A stretch of 63,487 bases of DNA, filler included, from Phoronis australis (lineage: Eukaryota; Animalia; Phoronida), in assembly GCA_002633005.1 (NCBI GenBank). It is 10 parts of 10 records of this genome, joined end to end, with 100 filler letters (N's around TTAATTAATTAA, not from the genome) between each part and the next. Parts side by side here need not be neighbours in the genome. Positions count along the whole stretch, not along the records: positions 46,709 to 51,606 come from NMRA01002463.1; positions 51,707 to 55,846 come from NMRA01002686.1; positions 55,947 to 60,509 come from NMRA01001688.1; 7 more parts are not named here. The stretch is one strand, 5' to 3'. Made by a program: the position numbers and the translations under genes. Under the pieces are notes generated by a model, which saw nothing but the letters and a program-made list of their open reading frames with translations, was not told where the DNA came from and searched no databases. This document shows positions 49,601 through 60,461 of this stretch, one piece after another; within the stretch, counting starts at the first letter, position 1; every line of letters begins with the position of its first letter.

Positions 49601-51411
49601 CAAAAGCTAAAATACTAAGTTCAAGCACTGATAATTTTCCAGTTCAATCAAACCTATTATCTAGATACAACTGTACATGTAAATATTTGATTAAAAGTTA
49701 CATGTGAAGAAACTGAGAAGATAAAACGCTGTAGCTACTAACGTAGGCCATGCATCTCTGTACCCTGCCACTAGGAGGCGCAGTCGTGAATGAGTCGGGT
49801 TTTATTGGCCGTAAGATTCCAGCAAATCAAAAGCTGTTGGGTACGGCCAGTTTGCAATCACAGAGAATTCAGATCATTCTTTTATGAGCAATGCTTTGAT
49901 CTAGGTATGTCTTAGCCACTTCAAGTATACTCAGGAATCTTTTACGTGACCCTAAGGTGCTACGGCCCATATTTACCACTTAAATAAAGTTCATCAAACA
50001 TTCTACAAAATCAATCCAGTTTCCAATGTTTAATTTGCTAGAATAAACTTACAAGACACTAAAAGCTTCATTAGTTGATGTTAGTGACCCGTGTCAGTCG
50101 GGTTACATGTGTCATGATTTCTTTTCAACAACCAAATCGATAGGAATTACCATTACTTTCAATGTGCTCTAGGTCAAACGTAAATTATGTTTTCAGAGTC
50201 ATGGAGAGGGCACCCGTCTGGCAGCAGGACTAGACCTAATCTTTCATGGGACCTAAGCAAAATTTAAAACGAGGCACTTTTTACTGATGACAGTCTAGCA
50301 CGACCATTGAAAACAGACTGGATGCGCAACATGGCATCCAACTACTGCTAATTTGAAATTGAAATAACGATTTTTACAATGAACTGTCTTGACTGAAGAA
50401 AATGCAAAGTTGATGACATTTTCCTACAGTTTCATTGTTGAGTCTCATTATGACATAACGGTGCTCAGTATGAGTGTTGATTGTATACACACAGAGTTAA
50501 AGTCAACTCTTGTTCTGAACGTCATATTATTTTGCAGAATAACCATTTGAATGTTCAATAGCAAAGTTCCAAAATATAATATTGGTAGCATTATTTTTTT
50601 TCTAAATCCTGAATGGCAAATCAGAGGTACAAAAGTCAAACCTGTGTTTTGTAAAAAACATGCAACTTGAAATAAGCAGGTTGTTTCTTTAGTATAGTTA
50701 ATGGCATTCCATCTACAGAATTATAGCAAAAATATGAAATTTGTACCTTTTGTGTATATTTTTCTCATCTCGTTTTACTTTTTGTAGTTTCTCCAATCCA
50801 GACCCAGACAGATACGTTTGGACATCATTGCTAGACATATTCACAAACAGTTTGTCAAACATACAGAATAAATTGTCTTAACAATCAATCAGGCTACCCT
50901 GTGACAACAAGTATTTCTTCCATCCCAAAACAACAACGCAAGGCTTGTCATATTCATACTAACTACCTAGTACGTACATACAGTAGAACTATGTATTTTA
51001 TGTGACTATAAAAGCTAGTTAAGATGATACGATACACTTTATAACAGCAATTTGACTTGAGATCTCCAAAAACATAGTGCACTCATTATTCAACCAATGT
51101 CCATAATATTTGTTACTTGGATGTTTTCGTAAATTTAGAAGAAAAATTTTGGTCCACGCTGTTTTTAGAAAGAAGCTCACAACAGGGGAGCTGCTTTTGT
51201 AAACGTAGATGTAAAAGCCTTGGTCTATGTATCTTTTTGTAAAAACCCTCACTGTGTGTGTGTGGGGGGAGGTTACTGATGAAAGGTAGTGGAGGGTGGG
51301 ACCCGTGGGGGTAACGCGCCGCTGGAATCATAGAAGCCCTGGAATATTGGGAACCCCATTTTGGACACCCTATTTTCGAAATCCTGAATGAAGCCCAGTT
51401 AGGAATTTATC

Positions 51412-51570
51412 TTAACACTGCTCAAACCCACTTTGAGCATCACAAGTTGCTACAACAGGAACGCTACTCAATGGTTTAAAAAAATCAACAAACTCCTCCC
51501 AGATATCAAACAGTTCAATGACATATTTCTTCCTCACCAAATAAAACTCAGCTAAGTCATATTCAAGTAA
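51412..51570 (-). CDS. Candidate terminal coding exon of an unidentified gene (46709-51411 may be its 3' UTR/downstream region)
   Basis: Strong acceptor tgttgtgttttcttctccag, phase 0, 53 codons: LLEYDLAEFYLVRKKYVIELFDIWEEFVDFFKPLSSVPVVATCDAQSGFEQC*. Confidence 0.5.
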   Translation of the reverse strand, partial: LLEYDLAEFYLVRKKYVIELFDIWEEFVDFFKPLSSVPVVATCDAQSGFEQC

Positions 51571-52753
51571 CTGGAGAAGAAAACACAACATTAACCTCAA
51601 ATGTTTNNNNNNNNNNNNNNNNNNNNNNNNNNNNNNNNNNNNNNNNNNNNTTAATTAATTAANNNNNNNNNNNNNNNNNNNNNNNNNNNNNNNNNNNNNN
51701 NNNNNNCGCCCAAAAGTAGAGTAGAACATGCCAAACCTAATTTCGAGTTCCATTTCGAGTAAAAAGATTGGAGACCGGGCCCAGGTCTCGACCTCAGAAA
51801 CACACAGCTCCAAGGCTGTATTTGCACCTTTAAAACAACAGTCACGTCCTTATCTTTAGTCAATATTCCAACTGCTGATAAAAGCATCAACACAAAGCTG
51901 CCATAACCACCGATCATAACTAGACTCAGAAATTAGTCAATTAGATGGCGAGAAATTGGAGAAACTAGGGACCGTTCACGTATAACGTCATCCACAATTT
52001 GCCACTTTAACACCTCCCCCACATCATCAACCTTTACCCCTTTCAACTTACGCAATACTTGTGTGTGAACGCTCCCTTGCGCAAAGTGTGACGTGATTCA
52101 AATCGAGTCTCCAGTGAAGTTCAGTGTCAGGAGCGCAGGACTTATTCCTCAATCTCTGGCACAGACTTTCTGACGATTGTAAGAATAGGGACCTCTATAC
52201 AAAGTCCAGTTCTTATCAACAACAAATCGTTGATTCTTTCAAATCTCAATAACCACTTCTCTGACCTTTGTGAGGGATAAGCGAAACCAAAATTTTACAC
52301 TGTCAAGCGGTCCAGTTCAAAACTTGACTGTGTGTTCTCCACATTCCAGCAGAGTGTGCAACTTCAAAATACATCATTACAACAGTAGCCCCTCCACTTC
52401 TCGTCATAGCTACTGTGACAGGCTAATTAACATGCACAACTGAATTAGAGACCCAGAATTGACCTTAACCGACCTCCACGAGCTTTTATAAATACAAGAA
52501 CAGAACAATTAGTTCATTTAAAACATAACTGAGCTCAATTCTAGAGTGAATTATTTCTACCCATAGCACATTTAACGCTCCTTACCGTCAACTTGGCATA
52601 TATGTGGATACAAACACAATCTGGAGAACACTATCATAATATAACAATAGAGAGATGCTTCAAAAGTTTATTATGTTTACCAAGATGTTCCCAAAGATGA
52701 CAGGATTAAGTGAAAAGCCTGGCTAGACTTCCTGTGGCTGTCCAGCCTGTCGG

Positions 52754-52828
52754 TCAGTTGCTTGTGTATGGGGGAGGTGCTGGTTGGTCAACATTGACCA
52801 CTTCTTCATACTTAGGGGGAAGCAGCAT
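52754..52828 (-). CDS. LAPTM4: Lysosomal-associated transmembrane protein 4, terminal coding exon
   Basis: tttgttgcag|MLLPPKYEEVVNVDQPAPPPYTSN*. Contains the two PY-type motifs typical of the LAPTM4 tail. In phase with exon 55455-55574. Confidence 0.88.
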   Translation of the reverse strand: MLLPPKYEEVVNVDQPAPPPYTSN

Positions 52829-52861
52829 CTGCAACAAATGGAAAGCTGGTCAAGCTCTGTT

Positions 52862-53300
52862 CACATGGCAGGTCTGAAGGTAAGTTCTGTAAACAGGTCT
52901 CGGGTAAAGTTACGTCTACATGGCAGGTCTCCCGTAAAGTTCTGCCACTATGGCAGGTCTGAAGGTAAGTTCTGTAAACAGGTCTCGGGTAAAGTTACGT
53001 CTACATGGCAGGTCTCCCGTAAAGTTCTGCCAACATGGCAGGTCTCAATGTAAGTTCTGTCAACAGGTCTCAGGTAAAGTTACGTCTACATGGCAGGTCT
53101 TAAGAAGTTACGACTACATACATGGCAGGTCTGAAGGTAAGTTCTGAAAACAGGTCTCAGGTAAAGTGACGTCTACATGGCAGGTCTCCCGTAAAGTTCT
53201 GCCAACATGGGGGGGTCTCAAGTTAAGTTCCGTATACTCGGCAGGTCTCAGATAAAGTTTTGTCAATATCACAGGTCTGAAGGTAAAGTTCTGTCAAAAA
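52862..53300. repeat. Intronic minisatellite, ~28-bp subunits (catggcaggtct) with ~85-bp higher-order unit
   Basis: caggtct recurs about every 28 bp. The block atggcaggtctgaaggtaagttctg is at 52865, 52950 and again near 53122. Confidence 0.9.
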
Positions 53301-53623
53301 AGTATCTGGTTAAAGACCCCGTATAACGGCCAAATGACTTCTAAACATGTTAAATATATGTATCATTGATTGACACAAACATATCATCCCTTCCTTTACT
53401 CCTGACATTAGATAATTATGCCAATTACTATCGTACGACTCCATCAGGAACCCCATTTACCGCCGAAAAAAACTTTAGGTAGTGCTCGTTCTAACTGACG
53501 CAAATGACATCATCGTTGTGACCCAAGACGTACAGTACAGTCCGTTCTGCCTACATAGCAGGTCTTTCCTGTACCCAAGAGACTGTTGGAACATGCTACA
53601 ATAACCGTATTCCTTCAGGAGCT

Positions 53624-53725
53624 CATGTTAACTAAATGCCCATGTTAACTAAATGCCCATGTTAACTAAATGCCCATGTTAACTAAATGTCCATGTTAAC
53701 TAAATGTCCATGTTAACTAAATGTC
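53624..53725. repeat. 17-bp tandem repeat (6 copies)
   Basis: Unit catgttaactaaatg(c/t)c. Confidence 0.95.
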
Positions 53726-54893
53726 CAAGTCTGACGATACAGAACACACAACTGATCCAATAAAGTTTTCAGAACCTCAAAAAGTCATGCAGCGTTAAAT
53801 AGCAGATGCCAAAAAGGTAAACTTCTAACACCACTTTAGAAATAATGAATTTCTTAACAAAAGTAATACATGAACTTCCTTCACTCCACAGCATTACCAT
53901 GTGTCTTGAGGAACGCTAACTCTCTGTATTACAAAACAAAATAAAACAAAACAAAGGAATCCACCACAAAACACGGACCAAAGCAATGGCGGCAGTGCAT
54001 GGGGCTTTAATACACTGCTGTCTTTGACAATGTCACTCTACCTAGAATTACAGTTCCCAAAACATATGTTAATTTGATTGATGGTGACTGATAAATAATA
54101 AAGTGTTTATATGAGCCATCGTTGCATTTAACTCTTGCACAGGCGACAACTTGATCACACAGGTCAATGCCTAGTCTTGACTTTTCAAAGACGACGTTTT
54201 AAAAGTGACGTTATGGACGAGAATGAGATTTTCTAAGATTAGCCTCACCACGGAATCGAGCTTGTAAAACCTGCAGTGAGAGCCTAATGCTATGCTGGAG
54301 AACTTAAACCATCCATGAATAGTATTTCACTGTATTTAAATGCCCGAGTAAGAGGCCCTGATTTCATTGAATGACTGGCCCACAACAATGAATAAGAGCA
54401 ACGCAAAGCATTGAAATGTACCCCAACACAGCACTGCAAAAAGTGTGCTCCTGCGGGTGGTTTTAGTATCATAAAAATGGACATTAGATGGCGCAGAATG
54501 CAACAAACCCATCCGAATTCAGAAAGTTGCGTCATCTCTGCAAAATGCAACTATTTGCGAAATTTCATGAAAATAAGGAACTCCAAAGAAATAGAGGCAA
54601 ACGGAAAAAAAAATGAACACTAGGCACAGCTACAGTCTGATTGGTCTGAAACTCATCGTGCCATCTCTATAGAAGCCCATCAGCCTTATTTCGTAAAGAT
54701 CCTTCAAAGGGTTAGCCGTAGACGCAAAAAAGCAAAATTGCACCTAAATGTTGCCAGGATAATCAAAAACATCCGAAAATAAACATTAGCCAGGTTTGTC
54801 ACATCAGGACCACAACCGTTAGTATTCATAACCATCCCTTGAGTGGTTTGGCAGATAGAGAGGCAGACGTTCAAAACATACCAAGTTTTTGAA

Positions 54894-54912
54894 TGGCCAC
54901 CAGGTGGCGCAG
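54894..54912 (+). promoter_or_regulatory. CTCF consensus motif
   Basis: TGGCCACCAGGTGGCGCAG matches the CCASYAGRKGGCRS core exactly. It lies in the last LAPTM4 intron. Binding is not demonstrated. Confidence 0.55.
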
Positions 54913-54964
54913 AAAACATCAAGTCAGTCTGAAAATGGGAAGCTGTTGCCGTCTCCTTAATGTC

Positions 54965-55051
54965 GATTTGTAATAAAATTACAAAACTCTGGATTTGTAA
55001 TAAAATTACAAAACACTGGATTTGTAATAAAATTACAAAACACTGGATTTT
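54965..55051. repeat. 27-bp tandem repeat (3 copies)
   Basis: Unit gatttgtaataaaattacaaaac(t/a)ctg. Confidence 0.9.
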
Positions 55052-55454
55052 GTTTCATAACTCTGGTTAAAGCTAAGAATTTAAACATGTCTATCCAATC
55101 CAATAATGATGTTTTGGCTATACAATCATCCCTGTGAACAATGCGTACAAATACCTAGGTAACCAGATGACACACAATGCAGACAACAGAAACAGCTGAG
55201 AGTAATTAAAGGTTTACAAAACATATACATTTTCAAATATTTCATTAATTCAATTCTGTTTTGCAGCCACATAATATTGTTCCTTTTCAAAAAACTAAAA
55301 TACCTGGACACAGTACAACCGTTTCACTGCCCAACAAAAAGTCCAGTCTCTTGTTTTTTGAAAAATTTTTGCAAAGAAATCTTGATAATTTCCACTCTTG
55401 CAAATAAACCTTAAAAAACACCAGTAACCGCGAAAAGAATTGCAGTTTGCTCAC

Positions 55455-55574
55455 CTGCACATCTTCACCGTCCCCTGTGTCCATGTAGTGAGTTATACCA
55501 TTGGTCACTCTCTGGCTGGCACGCACGTATGTCAAGTATTTGTAGCAAGAATAAACAACGTTGATCAAATAGGC
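55455..55574 (-). CDS. LAPTM4: LAPTM4 penultimate coding exon
   Basis: tcttttgcag|AYLINVVYSCYKYLTYVRASQRVTNGITHYMDTGDGEDVQ|gtgagc, 120 nt, phase 0-0. Matches recalled LAPTM4A AYLINCVWNCYKYI. Confidence 0.9.
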
Positions 55575-57383
55575 CTGCAAAAGACACAGCGACCAATTAA
55601 AGCTATAGTCCACGACTCTTCAACAATACACGTTTTTCATGCAGTTGCCATGTTACAAAGAGCCTCCTTTTAGGTTTAAAAAAAAAACAGTGCATTTTGT
55701 GCATAGTCACAAAGCAAAATATGATTATTTCGCATACATTGTACATGCATACATAGATATATGCGTGCAAGTGTGTGTGTGTTTGTGAGTGGGAGCGTGC
55801 GTATCTAAAATGGATTGTTTTTTTAAAACCTAAAGAGGCTCTTTCTNNNNNNNNNNNNNNNNNNNNNNNNNNNNNNNNNNNNNNNNNNNNTTAATTAATT
55901 AANNNNNNNNNNNNNNNNNNNNNNNNNNNNNNNNNNNNNNNNNNNNTATCTCTCCTCAGCACATTCGAAACTTATCTTGATATTATGGCAAGAACCACGA
56001 ATTTTGAACATTCGACTATGTCACGTGCCTTTTTTGGGGATGCTAGTGGTCGTTTAACGTATATGCTGATTACGAAGCCCTCAGCGGAATTTATTCATCG
56101 AACTCGAAGTATAATGTAAAATTTGGCTTAGCGGTATCATGGTGATTTCTATTCACATTTTTCCCATTTTGTAAGTCTTTATACACAAGGTAAAAGTCTG
56201 TTTCACTGGAATTTTTACCAGAAAGCGTGCTGGCGTCCTGGAAAGTGACCGACTACTTACAAGGTATCCCAAATGATCCGAGTAATTGGGACAAACATGG
56301 TGTTACCTAACCTTATTCTAGGTATGTAGTCTTGCACGTGGAAAACCAGTCCAGAACTTACACACCTCAGACGGATTTCCGCCGTGCAGTATCAGGTTAG
56401 CACCGTGACATCAAAAGAAATGGGCAAATAATCACGTACCTTGCTTCGTATCTCGCATACGGTCACCGCAGACGCAGACCTATGCGGTGAGCTGGCTGCC
56501 GCATGAAATGAAAGTTAGCTGAGCTCACCAAACACGTCAAGGAATGACGATGAATGAATTTGCGACAATGTTATTGAATATTGGCCGTGTTTTCATACCG
56601 CGACCTAAGGTGTCAGCTCAAGTGTGATTCACATGAGGCAAACAGCCCGCTGTCTGCTCTGGCTCTAATAGACCGCACGAACCAGCGGACCCAATTTAAT
56701 TATTCCATTTGGCCATTATTTTTCAAAGAGGCGTGGAATGCGAAAGCTCGTCAAAAATATCTTTTAAGCAATTCCTAGCGAAAGTATCATCTCGCAAGGT
56801 CTTGTTGAAGAATTCACTTTCCCCTGTAAGGAAATTTCCAGAAAAAAATCACAAAATTCACGATTTTTGAAATACGCAGGAAGGAAAAACTCTGTGGTTA
56901 CCACAGAGTTTCTAATTTCTTTCCACTTATGATAAATGCGCACATGCGCTCACAGTCAGTAGCTTGAAGTCGCTTGCCACAGTCACATTTTCGAAACAAG
57001 GGGAAAAATGTACTACATCTCTGTCTTGCTTTGCTTTGAGGTAGAAAAATCCACGAAGTGGCGAGCAGTTGACAGATCGTTTTCTTGAAATATCGAACTA
57101 AAATCAAATGTTTTGATATAAATAGGAATTGAAAATCTTAACGAACAAATCCTAAAAATACCTGATGAGCAGTTTGAATTAGGTATCGGTGTCAGAAAAC
57201 CAATTTCAATATTGTAATTTAGTTTGTTTATCGCATAACAGGCCTCCTTAAACGGGTGCACTGGTCATTTTAAATCTTTTTGAAACAATTCAGAACAAAT
57301 TTCGTTTCCACATCGTGAAAAAGGCAACTTCACATTCGTTCGTTGTTTTATTGACTTGGGCATGGGAATACTTGTTTCTGTAG

Positions 57384-57506
57384 GGCAATGTCCGAACTGC
57401 TTCACCACTGATAAAGAAAAGAAGTGTGGACGCATCGGCAAAAACGAGTTACGTCTGCCAAATAAAAGAGGATTACTGAAGTTTGTATGTGACGTGGCGG
57501 ACACGG
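57384..57506 (+). CDS. C3: Complement C3/C4/C5-like protein, C345C (NTR) domain exon 1 of 4
   Basis: tttctgtag|...G|gtaagt, 123 nt, phase 1-1. QCPNCFTTDKEKKCGRIGKNELRLPNKRGLLKFVCDVADT is positionally equivalent to C3 ENCF...LDKACEPGVDY. Confidence 0.75.
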
Positions 57507-57827
57507 GTAAGTTGGTTGTCGTATGAAACCAAGATTTACATATTTATAAACCAAAAATGTATTTTCATTTCCCCAATTACAAAACATTACATTAAGCTCT
57601 TGTCTTTTGTTCTTACGTCACTCTTTTAGTGTACTAGCCTACGTGTGCTCAAGTCTATGATACATGTAAAATTGGGTACAGTGCATATTAGTCCCTTGAG
57701 TCCCCAAGATTGTATAACGTCCATGTTGCGTTATGTTGTTCAAATCCTTTTGAACACATTAATGTTATTTCTACATTGTGATGTTCAGTGAATCTCTTAA
57801 AAGCTTCGTATTCCCATTTTATTTCAG

Positions 57828-57911
57828 CGTTCAAAGTGGAAATCGTCAACATCACCATGGGCAATGGCTATCATGTGGCAGAAGGTCGTCTCAAGTTGGT
57901 GTTAAAACGCG
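57828..57911 (+). CDS. C3: C3-like C345C domain exon 2 of 4
   Basis: ttttatttcag|...G|gtatga, 84 nt, phase 1-1. AFKVEIVNITMGNGYHVAEGRLKLVLKR(G), cf. C3 [29 protein letters not shown]. Confidence 0.8.
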
Positions 57912-58199
57912 GTATGAAATATAGCAATAACTGTGCAGAATTCCTGCATGATGCCAGTCTGAAAGGAAAACCTCCCTAACAACCTTGTAATCTATTGACG
58001 TTTTTCGTCAGTGTGAATACATTTTAGCGAGGTTGCTTATGGAGAGATCATTGCAGTTTTGGGGTGCTATGACTATGAGTTGAATATATTAGAAGCCAAA
58101 AGAGGGCACAATATCAGACCACAAAATTTTTCTTTCAGTAACAACTGCGCTTTTAATAACCTTTAAGCGGGTTTGGTCTCACGTGAGATATCGTTTCAG

Positions 58200-58350
58200 G
58201 CGCCGATGCCCTTCCTGTTGGCTCCGTGTTGCATTTGTGGTTGTGGAGGCATTGTACGTGCCCGTGCGGTACGTTACTTCAAGTCAACAAGACTTACCTT
58301 GTCACAGGATTTAATACCTTATATTGGAAAGATTCTGATGGGTCGGACAG
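58200..58350 (+). CDS. C3: C3-like C345C domain exon 3 of 4
   Basis: cgtttcag|...AG|gtatgt, 151 nt, phase 1-2. GADALPVGSVLHLWLWRHCTCPCGTLLQVNKTYLVTGFNTLYWKDSDGSD(R) has the NTR signature C-x-CP...L...YL-x-x-G. Confidence 0.82.
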
Positions 58351-58449
58351 GTATGTAATATCTTAATCTTGCTCATTTATTTAAAAATTCATCTTAAAAC
58401 ATGACGTTGTGCTTAACGACTTAGTGCAAAAGTGAAACCACTTCCAGTA

Positions 58450-58796
58450 GGACGGTCCCGGATTACACAGCGCCACTTGAATTTCTCGGTATTTATCCAC
58501 AATACTGCAACATCTGTAAAGCAGTTCTTTAGTCTCGTTTTGGATTTTTTCGTGTTATTTTTTCAACCCTTTCTCGTCTGCATTAACTGTATTCGACCTT
58601 CCAATGCTAGCGAAGTTTCACTGCTGTGTCTCTGGACTGCAACTCCGACGGGGGAAAGTTGGATCAAACTCGAAAGTATCCTTGATTAGGATATGTTCCT
58701 ACATGATTTCTAGAATGGGCCTGACATGTTTAAAATGAAACCAATGGCACATCGCATTTTTTACCTCCAGAACAAGCTTTTTATCCGGGACCGTCT
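58450..58796. mobile_element. Short MITE (~347 bp) in the last C3-like intron
   Basis: Perfect 13-bp inverted repeats gacggtcccggat (58451-58463) and atccgggaccgtc (58783-58795), with TA just outside both ends. Confidence 0.65.
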
Positions 58797-59089
58797 TATC
58801 ACACTGTTTTACATTAAAGCGATACAATTTTTGGAATTCACCAGACATTACCACTACATATATTTGCTACTCATCGTATGTATCAGTTTTGTCTGCTCGG
58901 TCTAAGCAGCACCACTACACAAAGCGGGACATATCAGGTGTCCTTATGTAAGGTCCAGCTTTTGGACTTTCAATATCCCTATGATTAGTTGTCTAGAAAC
59001 CGTTAAGCTGGCACAAGATAGTTATACTCTACTTTCCTCAAGTACTAGAAATATTGTTCAAATGGATGGAAAATGTGGAAAAAGCAACT

Positions 59090-59418
59090 TTTAGAATAGT
59101 CTGTACACAGACATAGCTACAATATAATCATTTAGAATAGTCTGTACACAGACATAGTTACAATATAATCATTTAGAATAGTCTGTACACAGACATAGTT
59201 ACAATATAATCATTTAGAATAGTCTGTACACAGACATAGCTACAATATAATCATTTAGAATAGTCTGTACACAGACATAGCTACAATATAATCATTTAGA
59301 ATAGTCTGTACACAGACATAGTTACAATATAATCATTTAGAATAGTCTGTACACAGACATAGCTACAATATAATCATTTAGAATAGTCTGTACACAGACG
59401 TAACTACAATAATCATTT
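59090..59418. repeat. 41-bp minisatellite (8 copies) with internal hairpin GTCTGT-ac-ACAGAC
   Basis: Head-to-tail unit tttagaatagtctgtacacagacatag(c/t)tacaatataatca, with no spacers. Confidence 0.97.
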
Positions 59419-60218
59419 CAGTTTACGCTCTGCGTGGCCACTCTTCTGTCTGCATCAAGACCCCATATTCAATCTTTTCTTCATCGCTAAATGCTTTTCT
59501 GAAATTCTTCTCTAATCAGTGTTTCCATGAAATAAAAGCTGGTTATGTGTCTATCCTATTCCACCATACATTTTATTATTCCTTAGTCCCGAAATATGAT
59601 CTTCATTTCAACCGAGGTACTCAGTTTGTTTTCAGTGAACTTTCAATCCACCTTGGTTCTAGAAACAAATGATTTTTTTCTATTTTTGATATTTTTGTTT
59701 TGACCTCGAATGTCATCTAAAACGTATGACAAGTGTATCGTTATTGGCATAGATTGGTACAGGCTAACAGCAGGAGTCAGTAGAGTCTGCCAGAGTCAAT
59801 TGTTGGAAGTTGACACAACTTAGCTTGGTAATGTCAAATAAACCGCTGTGATTTTTCCTCTGTGACTGGTAATGTATTGAAGTTGTTTACTGTTTGAAAA
59901 TTTCACGATTATCGGTTATTAATCGTTGAGAAAGCGCAAGTCAAAAAGCGAGACGTTTTCTGGGGCACTCGATATAGGCCTATTTTTAAACAACTTGCTG
60001 TAATGTTGCCGTTGAATAATTTCTAATTTAATTGTACCGAGTTAAACTTCTGTTTATGTAAACCTACATTTTGTTTGTCTTTAGCTGTTTTAGGTCCTTT
60101 ATCGTCTTGTCTGCGTCAGGGATTTATTCTGATTATTATCTCTTTAAGTTAACTAGTGTCAATTTATACCAGTACTGTGAAATCAGTACTAATCATACAA
60201 CTGCACTTGCTATTACAG

Positions 60219-60342
60219 AAGAATGCTTACCGACACCGGTGAAAGTTACATTTTGGAGTGGCCCACATCACGTGTTGGTAGCAGGAAAGGGCGCCGTTTT
60301 GCAGCCAGACTAGACTTTCTGATTAAAAAAGGATGTACTTAG
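60219..60342 (+). CDS. C3: C3-like C345C domain terminal exon (4 of 4)
   Basis: ttgctattacag|, phase 2. RMLTDTGESYILEWPTSRVGSRKGRRFAARLDFLIKKGCT* has the E-WP motif and terminal GC-x-stop seen in C3 (VEHWP...GCPN*). Confidence 0.82.
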
Positions 60343-60455
60343 GAGCCCCTATGTTAAACATGGTTGCATGAGTTAGCAGGAAACCACACAATTTTAGCCT
60401 TATTAAGTAACTGCACTACAAGAAAATACATTTGAATAGAAAGTTTCTGAGCAAG

Positions 60456-60461
60456 AATAAA
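60456..60461 (+). terminator. Candidate polyadenylation signal of the C3-like gene
   Basis: AATAAA about 115 nt after the stop codon. Confidence 0.5.

Noticed and set aside
52784-53147. Repetitive ORFs (MAGLKVSSVNRSRVKLRLHGR...)
   Set aside because: Translation of an intronic minisatellite antisense to LAPTM4.
55947-57383. Upstream C3 anchor-domain exon (e.g. ending ...DLC G|gtgagc at 56486)
   Set aside because: An in-frame TAA lies shortly upstream, there is no suitable acceptor, and the C-x-C-A motif is missing.
59090-59418. CRISPR-like palindromic repeat
   Set aside because: The sequence between hairpins is identical in every unit. It is an intronic minisatellite.
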